Shown here piece by piece: positions 9,996 to 19,978 of a stretch of DNA of 28,437 bases (positions within the stretch are counted from its first letter, which is position 1; every line of letters begins with the position of its first letter). Under the pieces are notes generated by a model. That model was not told where the DNA came from, did no database searches, and worked only from the letters and a program-made list of their open reading frames with translations. The position numbers and the translations under genes were made by a program. The stretch spans positions 1 to 28,437 of the forward strand of contig JBDRBK010000106.1 of assembly GCA_043822705.1 (NCBI GenBank), in the 5' to 3' direction. Origin of the DNA: Fidelibacterota bacterium. GTDB lineage: Bacteria; Fidelibacterota; Marinisomatia; Marinisomatales; TCS56.

Positions 9996-10035
9996 GTAAC
10001 CTTCCAGGTCTCGAATATGTGACCTGGAAGGTTGC
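9996..10035 (+). repeat. REP-like palindrome copy 4
   Basis: GTAACCTTCCAGGTCTCGAATATGTGACCTGGAAGGTTGC, preceded by a degenerate half copy at 9975-9989. Confidence 0.9.
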
Positions 10036-10061
10036 CCTAACTTGATGTAAATTACCGTTCC

Positions 10062-11017
<956 letters not shown>

Positions 11018-11021
<4 letters not shown>

Positions 11022-12184
11022 AATTCTGGAGCGTGATCAAGAAGAATTTCCGTGAGCAGGCCCGTAGCTTCTGGATTCTGGTACTGACAGTGACCATGGC
11101 GCCCTTCTTTGTGTTCGTGTACTATCTGATCAACGAAGCCTGGCAGCCGCGCTACGACCTGCTGTTTGTGAACCGCGATGCCGGTTGCGAAGTGGCCGGG
11201 CAGGTCGTCAACCACGGCCAGGGCCTGATAGCGATGACCGAAGCGCTGGAAAACGATACCCTGGCGATGCCGGTCACCGTAGGTCGCGCCACTGATCGAA
11301 ACACCGCCCTGGAACTGCTGCGTAACAAACAGGCCGACGCCCTGGTGATGATACCGGAAAATTTCTCAATCGCCCTGGAGCAATTAATGCAAACCGGCAG
11401 CGGCCCCCGGTCCAACCTGGAACTGGTGGGCGACCTGACCGATATGAATTACATGGTAACGGCCATCTGGGCCGGTGAGGCCTTTAACCGCTACCTGGCA
11501 AAAGTGTCACCGGTGACGATGCCGGTGGGCATCATCGAAACCAGTCTGGGCGTCTCCGGTGAAATCGACGAGTTCGATCAGTGGATTCCGGGCCTACTGA
11601 TCCTGTCGATTGTCATGTTGATGTTCACGGCCACGATCGCCATCGTTACCGAGGTCGAAAACGGGACGATCATCCGCCTCAAACTGTCACGGATCGGCGT
11701 CCTGAATTTTCTGGGCGGCATGACGGTGGTCCAGGTAATCGTGGGCTTGTTGTCAATCCTTCTCACGCTGGCGGCGGCCGTGCTGATGGGATTCGATTAT
11801 AGCGGTTCGCTGGGCGCGCTGCTGGTGATCGCTCTGTTGACCAGCGTTTCGATGATTGCCTTCAGCCTGATTCTGGCAGCCGGCACTAAGACCGTCAATG
11901 AAGTTTTAATTGTCGGCAATTTCCCGCTGTTCCTGTTCATGTTTTTCACCGGCGCCGCCTTTCCGCTGGAGGGTAAAACACTGTTCACGGTGGCTGGTTA
12001 TGCCATCACCGCTCAGGGAATCATGTCGCCGACCCATGCCGTCAACGCCGCCAAAAAAGTGCTGATCATGGGTGCCGGACTGGGCGATGTCCTGCCGGAA
12101 TTGACGACGCTGGTCGTGCTGATCGTCTGCTACTGGGTGCTGGGTGCGGGACTGTTTTACCGCCGCCACATGCGGGTCGCCTGA
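11018..12184 (+). CDS. ABC-2 type exporter permease
   Basis: One N-terminal TM, an extracytoplasmic domain and five C-terminal TMs. EVENGT motif. ATGA coupling to the ATPase gene. Confidence 0.9.
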
Positions 12185-12277
12185 TTGCCGTACCGGTGCC
12201 GGTCAACAATTTTATATCGGTTTTGCTAAAATCATAATAATTTGCCGAGCGCATCAACGGAGATAATGATACAATAA

Positions 12278-13441
12278 ATGAATAATCTATCGACCAGACT
12301 GCAGGACCTGGGGCGGTTCTACCATATCAGGCTGTTCACGGTGGGGTCCTTGAGCGTGGAATTGGGCGCCCTGCTGGCCGGGGCGGTCTTTTTCCTGATC
12401 GGCCTCAAATTAATGCGTTTGATTTTGCATATTCTGTTCGAACGGCTGATCCGGAAGCGTGTCAAAGACCAGGAAACCAGTCTGTGGCTGGAAAAATTCA
12501 GTATTTTTATATTTACCATCATCATTACCATTTTAACGCTGTTTATTATCGGATTGCCGGTTTCTTTCTTCCGTGCTCTGTGGGGCGTTACCCTGTTCAC
12601 TATCAAGGATAACTCGATCGACATTGGCAATATCGTACTGGGGCTGGTGTTTTTATATCCAGGCTTGCGCTTCGCCCGCTATCTGACGCAGGAAATCCAG
12701 ACCCTGTTCATCGCCCGGATGAAAGTCGATCTGGCAACCAAAAAATCATTGGAAGTGATCATTCGCTACAGCCTGATCACCCTGGTGGCGCTGTTCGTAC
12801 TCACGATTATCGGTATTCCGCTGACGGCTTTCACGATTATCGGCGGCGCCCTGGCAATTGGTTTTGGTCTGGGCAGTCAGAATTTGGTGAATAATTTTCT
12901 CAGCGGTATGGTGCTGATGACCGAACGACCGCTCAAGATCGGCGATGTGGTGGAGCTGGAGGGGCGCGGCGGTACCGTGGAACATATCGGCGGGCGATCG
13001 ACCCGCATCCTGACTTTTGACAATCTGCGGATGATCATTCCCAACAGCAAGTTGCTGGAAAACACCCTGGTCAACTGGACCCTGGTCGATAATATTCTCC
13101 GCCGCGAATTGCTGGTAGGCGTGGCCTACGGCTCGCCGGTAAAAAAAGTGGCCGAATTGATTCTGCAGGCGGCCAACGACCACAAGGATGTGGAGCCCAA
13201 ACCGCCGGCCAAGGTTCTGTTCTGGGACTTCGGCGACAACGCCCTGATTTTCAAATTGATGTTCTGGATGCGCCTGCGCAAGCCGATCACACCACTGGAG
13301 GTGGAAAGCGACCTGCGCTTCCTGATCCATGACCTGCTGGCGGAGAACGGGATCGTGATTGCCTTCCCGCAGCGGGATGTTCACCTGGACGCCGTCAAAC
13401 CGATCGAAATCAGGTTAGTGGAACGGAAAGACCAAAGTTAG
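12278..13441 (+). CDS. Small-conductance mechanosensitive channel (MscS family)
   Basis: GALAIGFGLGSQNLVNNFLSG, ERPLKIGDVV, IPNS, VGVAYGS and IAFPQRDVH. Confidence 0.93.
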   Translation: MNNLSTRLQDLGRFYHIRLFTVGSLSVELGALLAGAVFFLIGLKLMRLILHILFERLIRKRVKDQETSLWLEKFSIFIFTIIITILTLFIIGLPVSFFRALWGVTLFTIKDNSIDIGNIVLGLVFLYPGLRFARYLTQEIQTLFIARMKVDLATKKSLEVIIRYSLITLVALFVLTIIGIPLTAFTIIGGALAIGFGLGSQNLVNNFLSGMVLMTERPLKIGDVVELEGRGGTVEHIGGRSTRILTFDNLRMIIPNSKLLENTLVNWTLVDNILRRELLVGVAYGSPVKKVAELILQAANDHKDVEPKPPAKVLFWDFGDNALIFKLMFWMRLRKPITPLEVESDLRFLIHDLLAENGIVIAFPQRDVHLDAVKPIEIRLVERKDQS

Positions 13442-13469
13442 ACGACTACCCTTTTTGCTTGACGAGTGA

Positions 13470-14612
<1,143 letters not shown>

Positions 14613-14644
14613 TGGCTTCGAAAAACCATTTTATCGTGTGCTGC

Positions 14645-14715
14645 AAGGCGAAGAGCAAAGAACCAAGAGCAGAGAATATGCGGGGGGAGCAGAGGTGCGG
14701 AGGAAATGAGGAGTT
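14645..14715 (+). repeat. Purine-rich degenerate heptamer/octamer array
   Basis: GAGCAAA-like units followed by GGGGAGCA GAGGTGCG GAGGAAAT GAGGAGTT. Same octamer family as at 18499-18553 and around 22322-22708. Confidence 0.7.
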
Positions 14716-14764
14716 TATCACTAAGTCAGATATATACACATTAACGCTTCAACACATTCACTAA

Positions 14765-15232
14765 ATGCCAAAAACAGTTATTCGTGTAATCGATGCCTAT
14801 GTCTTCCGGCAGACCGCCGACGGCCTGCGGTTTCTGCTGTTGCAACGGAATGTGAATAAAATTTATGAGCATCTCTGGCAAGGGGTGGCGGGGAAAATTG
14901 AAACCGGGGAGGCAGCCTGGCAGACGGCCGTCCGCGAACTGCAGGAAGAAACCGGCCTGACGCCGAAACGGCTGTTTACGGCCGACCATGTCAGCAGTTT
15001 TTACGAAGCCCACGGTGACCGCATCAACCTGATACCGGTATTCGGTATCGAAGTCGATTCGGAGGAAGTGGTCCTCTCCGGGGAACATTCCGGGTATCGC
15101 TGGGTCGACCTTGAAACTGCCCTGCAACTGCTGGTCTGGCGCGGCCAGCGGAACGGCCTCAAGGCCGTGTACGATATGATCGTCAGTGGTGATGAGCGGA
15201 TGCGATGGTCGGAAATTGACCTGCCAATTTAG
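14765..15232 (+). CDS. Nudix hydrolase (NudB / dihydroneopterin triphosphate diphosphatase-like)
   Basis: Nudix box GKIETGEAAWQTAVRELQEETGL, with WQGV and LSGEH..Y.W features resembling NudB. Confidence 0.85.
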   Translation: MPKTVIRVIDAYVFRQTADGLRFLLLQRNVNKIYEHLWQGVAGKIETGEAAWQTAVRELQEETGLTPKRLFTADHVSSFYEAHGDRINLIPVFGIEVDSEEVVLSGEHSGYRWVDLETALQLLVWRGQRNGLKAVYDMIVSGDERMRWSEIDLPI

Positions 15233-15310
15233 TGTGTTGCGTGTATTTAGTGGGGGCAAGAGCCAGGCGCGGAGAGCAAAGAGGATTGAAGAACGAATGA
15301 AGGAGAGAAT

Positions 15311-15763
15311 ATGTTAGAACTTGGAACCCCGGCCCCCGATTTCACCCTGCCCGATCAGGATGGCAACCCAGTAGCATTGGCGGACTATCGTGGTAAAAAG
15401 GTTTTACTGTGGTTTTTTCCCAAAGCCAGCACTGGTGGCTGAACGGCCGAAGGACAGGGATTCCGGGATGAATTCCAGCAGTTTGCGGCCAGGAACATAG
15501 CCATTCTGGGGATGAGCGCCGATCCGCCGGCCCGCCAGAAAAAATTTGTCGACAAGAACGATTTCCAATATCCGCTGTTATCCGACGAAGAAAAGCACAC
15601 CCTGCGGGCTTATCAGGCCTGGGGACCGAAAAAATTGTACGGCAAGGAATACGAAGGCATTAATCGAATTTCCTATCTGATCGATGAAAATGGAAATATT
15701 GAGAAAGCCTACGGCAAGGTTGCGACCAAGATGCACGCGGTGGATATTCTGGCGGATTTGTAA
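15311..15763 (+). CDS. bcp: Selenocysteine-containing peroxiredoxin, BCP/PrxQ family (150 aa, Sec44)
   Basis: RBS AAGGAG and ATG at 15311. Translates MLELGTPAPDFTLPDQDG...WFFPKASTGG-TGA-TAEGQGFRD and continues in frame into track ORF 15512-15763. TGA 15440-15442 occupies the Cys position of PxxxTxxC. Confidence 0.9.
15443..15490 (+). promoter_or_regulatory. Candidate bacterial SECIS element
   Basis: Upper stem GGGAUUC (15457-63) / GAAUUCC (15470-76) with loop CGGGAU 21 nt after the UGA. Possible lower stem GGCCG/CGGCC. Confidence 0.6.
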
Positions 15764-15839
15764 TCTGTTTTAGTGGGGACAGCGAAAGGGATTTATCCGC
15801 ACCCGATTATCTGATTTGTACTGAGCGGTGATAAAAAGG

Positions 15840-16817
15840 TTATAATTCAAGCCCGTCTTCGGTGAATGCCTGTTCATTTAAGGCGCCGTTGGTATAACCC
15901 AGCATAACTGAGTGACCGGAGATGCGCAGCTTGCCGTTCGCTGTGGTTTCTATCCTGGTCATGTGAACCGTATTCTCACCGACTGCCGTCACGGCCGTGG
16001 CCTCGGGAATAATCCTGATCAGGTTGGGCGCATTTTTACCGGTGCCGCTGAAATCGAGCCGGAAATCGGCTGGTCCGGCGGCTCCGCTGGCAATGTGCAG
16101 GTCGCCCTTATCGGGGGACATCCCGATCCCGGCATACAGCGGCAGGATCGCCTGCAGCACCGCCCAGGCGGTGGAGTCGGCGGGCAGTTTTATTTGCAGG
16201 ACGGTTTTCGGTGGCAGGGGTATCAATTTCAGCGTCCCGTTAGCATTGACCAGCAGATTATAATGACTCAACCGAATGCCCCGGTCAGCTTTCCAGCATA
16301 CCAGCGCTTCATCGTTAAGCTGTGCTTTATGGTGGTGGCGGAAGGTTGCTGGGGACCCAGCGGCGCACCCCGGGTATTGGGCGGCGGTTTTGCCGATGGA
16401 TATGAATTCGAGATTAATTCCGGCAACTTCGCCGCGACCGATCAATAGTTTGGGCCGGCAGTCCTTTACGGCGGCGGGGATATCATCCGGACCGACCAGC
16501 AGCACCGAGGCGCCGGTCAGCCAGATCGCGAGGGCCAGAATTTCGGCCTGCGGTGTGGGACAGTCCGCCAGGCAAACACGGTCATGGTTGGTGATTCCCC
16601 GGCTTACCAGCCAGTTGGCGGTGCGATTGATTTGCTGCAGTAAATCGGCGTAGGACAGTTGCTGCGGGTGATACCAGATTTCGGCGGCAAATTTAATGTT
16701 CTGGCCTTCGACCAGAGTGCCCAGATTGGGATAGGGAACCATGTACTCGATCGGCTCGACCGACCCGTAGCACTGGGCCTGGTAGATGCGGTCTTGTAGT
16801 GATTTTTGGCAGGTCAT
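15840..16817 (-). CDS. Degenerate AMP-binding (ANL/acyl-CoA synthetase-like) protein lacking the P-loop
   Basis: LSYADL..INRTANWL..RGI...DRV, GIRLSHYNLLVNA and ISGHSVMLGY match the ANL N-domain. There is no TSGTTGxPKG motif and no C-terminal domain. Confidence 0.65.
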   Translation of the reverse strand: MTCQKSLQDRIYQAQCYGSVEPIEYMVPYPNLGTLVEGQNIKFAAEIWYHPQQLSYADLLQQINRTANWLVSRGITNHDRVCLADCPTPQAEILALAIWLTGASVLLVGPDDIPAAVKDCRPKLLIGRGEVAGINLEFISIGKTAAQYPGCAAGSPATFRHHHKAQLNDEALVCWKADRGIRLSHYNLLVNANGTLKLIPLPPKTVLQIKLPADSTAWAVLQAILPLYAGIGMSPDKGDLHIASGAAGPADFRLDFSGTGKNAPNLIRIIPEATAVTAVGENTVHMTRIETTANGKLRISGHSVMLGYTNGALNEQAFTEDGLEL

Positions 16818-16953
16818 CGATTAATCATTCTTTTTCTAAAACCGAAATTACAGCTGAAACGGTGTTAAGGTGTTGAAGTGCTCTGGTGTACGGAACTAGA
16901 TGAGACCCGTATTTTATGAAAAACTCTGTGATCTCTGCGCCTCTGCGGCAAAC

Positions 16954-16990
16954 AAAAAAGCCCGCGCTCTTGGAGGAAAACACGGGCTTT
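16954..16990 (-). terminator. Rho-independent terminator downstream of tpl
   Basis: Minus strand AAAGCCCGTG...CGCGGGCTTT stem followed by a T-run, 20 bp after the tpl stop. Confidence 0.75.
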
Positions 16991-17009
16991 GGGCAGGTAA
17001 AAATGTAGG

Positions 17010-18392
17010 TTATTCGATCGGTTCGAAGCGGGCCTGGAAGAAGCGCAGGTACTCCGGTTCGTAGGTGAGCCGCAGACCTTTGATGCTGGCCCGGCGGGCA
17101 TAAACATCGGCGATCGATTCGGCGGTCACATCCATGTGGGACTGGGTGTAGACCCGGCGCGGCAGTGTCACCCGTACCAGTTCCAGCTTGGGCCGGTTGT
17201 GGTCGCCGGTGGTTTTGTTGCGACCGGCGGATACGATGCCCCGTTCCATCGTCCGGACGCCGCCTTCGATGTAAATCTCCGCCGCCAGCGTCTGGGCCGG
17301 AAAAACATCCTGTTCCAGATGGGGCAGGAATTTTCTGGCATCGATGAATACACCGTGACTGCCGATCGGTTTGACAATCGGCACGCCGAAATCCAGCAGC
17401 CGCTCACCCAGATACTGGGTCTGGCCGACCCGGGCTTGCATGTGGTTATCCTGGACCGATTCGGTGATCCCGATCGCCACCGCTTCCATGTCGCGGCCGG
17501 CCATGCCGCCGTAGGTATGCAGGCCTTCGTACATCACCACCATATTCTGGGCCTTGACGTAAATGTCTTCATCATTGGTGGCCAGGAAACCGCCGATATT
17601 GACGATCGGGTCCTTCTTGGCGCTCATGGTGGCGTGATCGGTGAGCGAGCAGATTTCATAGACGATTTCGGCCACGGATTTGTCGGCGTACCCCACTTCG
17701 CGTTGTTTGATGAACCAGGCGTTTTCGGCCACCCGGGTCATGTCGTGGACGATCGGAATCTTATATTTCTGCGTTAGTTGACGCAGTTCCTTGAGATTGC
17801 CCAGGGAAATTGGCTGACCGCCGGCCATGTTCACCGCGGTGGCCATGCTGACGTATGGTATTTTTTCGGCGCCGACCTTGTCGATCAGGGCCTGTAATTT
17901 ACCAAGATCGATATTGCCCTTGAAGGGATGCTCGCTCTCCGTATCATGGGCTTCATCGATGATGACGTCGACGAAAGTGCCGCCGGCCAGTTCCTGGTGC
18001 ATGCGGGTGGTGGTGAAGTACATGTTGCCCGGCACGTAATCGCCGTCCTTGATCATGATCTGGGAAATCATGTGCTCGGCACCGCGGCCCTGGTGGGTCG
18101 GGATCAGGTACTTATAGGAGTAGTAGTCCTGGATCGTTTTTTCCAGGTGATAGAAATTGCGGCTGCCGGCATAGGCCTCGTCGCCCATCATCAGTCCGGC
18201 CCACTGGCGGTCGCTCATGGCGTTGGTGCCGCTGTCGGTGAGCAGATCGATGTAAACATCTTCCGAGCGTAGCAGGAAGGTGTTGTAACCGGCTTCCTTG
18301 ATGGCCGCCAACCGTTCTTCTCTGGTGGTCATCCGCAGATGCTCGACCATTTTAATTTTCCAGGGCTCGGCCCAGGATCGTCTTTCAGTCAT
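17010..18392 (-). CDS. tpl: Tyrosine phenol-lyase
   Basis: AGYNTFLL, IDLLTDSGTNAMS, GDEAYAGS, MYFTTTR and SAKKD (PLP Lys). MERGIVSAGR and LRFF are TPL-type rather than tryptophanase-type. Confidence 0.92.
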   Translation of the reverse strand: MTERRSWAEPWKIKMVEHLRMTTREERLAAIKEAGYNTFLLRSEDVYIDLLTDSGTNAMSDRQWAGLMMGDEAYAGSRNFYHLEKTIQDYYSYKYLIPTHQGRGAEHMISQIMIKDGDYVPGNMYFTTTRMHQELAGGTFVDVIIDEAHDTESEHPFKGNIDLGKLQALIDKVGAEKIPYVSMATAVNMAGGQPISLGNLKELRQLTQKYKIPIVHDMTRVAENAWFIKQREVGYADKSVAEIVYEICSLTDHATMSAKKDPIVNIGGFLATNDEDIYVKAQNMVVMYEGLHTYGGMAGRDMEAVAIGITESVQDNHMQARVGQTQYLGERLLDFGVPIVKPIGSHGVFIDARKFLPHLEQDVFPAQTLAAEIYIEGGVRTMERGIVSAGRNKTTGDHNRPKLELVRVTLPRRVYTQSHMDVTAESIADVYARRASIKGLRLTYEPEYLRFFQARFEPIE

Positions 18393-18498
18393 TATAATAC
18401 CTCAAATACGTTTTATGTGTTAATGCTAAAAATCTTTTGGTTTAGGGGTAAACGGGTTGATGCGTAAATGGGTAAAAGAGTAGGTCGTTTTTCTATAC

Positions 18499-18553
18499 AG
18501 CTCCTCCACCCCGTATCACCTCTGCTCCTCTGCATTTTCTTCGCTCTTTGCTC
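18499..18553 (-). repeat. Purine-rich degenerate heptamer/octamer array
   Basis: Reverse complement GAGCAAAGAGCGAAGAAAATGCAGAGGAGCAGAGGTGATACGGGGTGGAGGAGCT, similar to 14653-14713. Confidence 0.7.
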
Positions 18554-18555
18554 AA

Positions 18556-19968
18556 TCATAGATTAAAACAGACCACTTTCGGTTCGGTCATTTCTTGCAG
18601 GGCGAATTTGATCCCTTCCCGGCCCAGGCCGCTGTTTTTGACACCGCCGAATGGCATCAGGTCGACCCGGTAATCGGTGGAATCATTGACGATGATACCG
18701 CCTACGTCCAGATGCTTGATGGCATGGAAGGCCTGATTCAGGTCGCGGGTGAAAATGGCGCCATGCAGACCGTAGTTGACGGCGTTGGCCCTGGCGATCG
18801 CCTCATCCAGGGTTGCGACCGGGTACAGCGACACCACCGGACCGAATACTTCCTGGCAATCCAGGCGGGCGCCGGCAGGCATGTTTTCGAATACGGTCGG
18901 CTGCACCAGCGTGCCTTTGCGCGTGCCGCCGGTGAGCAGATGGGCGCCCTGAGCGACGGCCTCCTCCACCCATTCGATCACCCGGATGGCCTCGGTTTCG
19001 TTGATCATCGGACCCATATCGGAGTTTTCATCCAGCTGGTAACCGGTCCGGTATTTTTTTGTGCGAGCGACGAAACGATCGCGGAATTCGACGTAGATAG
19101 CGGCCTGGATATAAATCCGCTGCACGCCGATGCAGTTTTGTCCGACCGCCCAGAAGGCACCCGAGACGCAGGATTCGATAGCGTTGTTCAGATCGCAGTC
19201 ATTCATGACGATCACCGGTGAATTAGACCCCAGTTCCATGCCGACTTTTTTCAGGCCAATTTTTTTCATGATCGTCTGCCCGGCTTCCACACCGCCGGTG
19301 AAGGAAACCATCCGCACCCGCGGGTCGGATACCAGAGCATCGCCGATTTCGCTGCCGTGACCGGTGACCACCGATAGAATTTTTGGCGGCAGTCCTGCCT
19401 CGAGCAGGATTTCCGCCAGTTTCAGGGCCGACAGGGGGGTGACGGTGGCCGGTTTCAGCACCACCGCATTACCGCCGGCGATGGCTGGACCGACCTTGTG
19501 CGCCACCAGGTTCAGCGGATCGTTGAAGGGCGTGATGGCGGCGATCACTCCGATCGGGAAACGGTAATAATAACCGATGCGATTCTCCGAGCCGGGGGCG
19601 CTGTCGAAGGGCAGCGTTTCGCCGCAGATACGCCGGGCCTCCTCGGCGGAAATTGTGATCGTGTTGATCGCCCGGCCCACTTCCTTGCGCGCCTCGCGGA
19701 TTGTTTTCGAACCTTCGCTGGCGATTGTTTTCGCCAGTTCTTCAAAGCGGCTCTGCATGATTTCCGCGGCCCGCTTCAGGATCATGATCCGCTGGTGGAC
19801 CGGCAGATTGCGGTTGATTTCAAAACCTTCCACGGCGCCGGCGATGGCGGCTGAAATGTCGGCAGCCGTACCGGCCGGGACGGTATCGATCAGCGAACCG
19901 TCGTATGGATTAACAACGTCAATGGTGCGTTCGCCCGCAATCCACTGACCGCCAATCAGCATTTTCAT
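18556..19968 (-). CDS. NAD(P)-dependent aldehyde dehydrogenase (lactaldehyde DH/GapN-like subgroup)
   Basis: ITPFNDP, LKPA, SFTGG, MELGSNSP (catalytic Glu), GQNCIG (catalytic Cys), EVFGP and PFGGVK.SG.GREG. Confidence 0.93.
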   Translation of the reverse strand: MKMLIGGQWIAGERTIDVVNPYDGSLIDTVPAGTAADISAAIAGAVEGFEINRNLPVHQRIMILKRAAEIMQSRFEELAKTIASEGSKTIREARKEVGRAINTITISAEEARRICGETLPFDSAPGSENRIGYYYRFPIGVIAAITPFNDPLNLVAHKVGPAIAGGNAVVLKPATVTPLSALKLAEILLEAGLPPKILSVVTGHGSEIGDALVSDPRVRMVSFTGGVEAGQTIMKKIGLKKVGMELGSNSPVIVMNDCDLNNAIESCVSGAFWAVGQNCIGVQRIYIQAAIYVEFRDRFVARTKKYRTGYQLDENSDMGPMINETEAIRVIEWVEEAVAQGAHLLTGGTRKGTLVQPTVFENMPAGARLDCQEVFGPVVSLYPVATLDEAIARANAVNYGLHGAIFTRDLNQAFHAIKHLDVGGIIVNDSTDYRVDLMPFGGVKNSGLGREGIKFALQEMTEPKVVCFNL

Positions 19969-19978
19969 ACTTCCTCCG

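Larger units (their letters stand above)
8462..10035. mobile_element. REP/RAYT cassette carrying the DUF2971 gene
   Basis: Four related palindromes delimit two AT-rich genes inserted between radA and an ABC operon. Confidence 0.65.

Noticed and set aside
8462..10035. CRISPR array or integron attC sites
   Set aside because: The repeats are separated by whole genes or inverted, not by uniform spacers. There is no cas gene or tyrosine integrase in the window, and the adjacent RAYT explains them better.
15440..15442. bcp as a nonsense pseudogene, or genome-wide TGA reassignment
   Set aside because: The TGA falls exactly on the catalytic Cys position, both halves are intact and a hairpin follows. 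Other genes (radA, tgt, RAYT) end in TGA at expected positions.
17010..18392. Tryptophanase (tnaA) with a tnaC leader
   Set aside because: The diagnostic residues are TPL-type and no convincing leader peptide was seen upstream.
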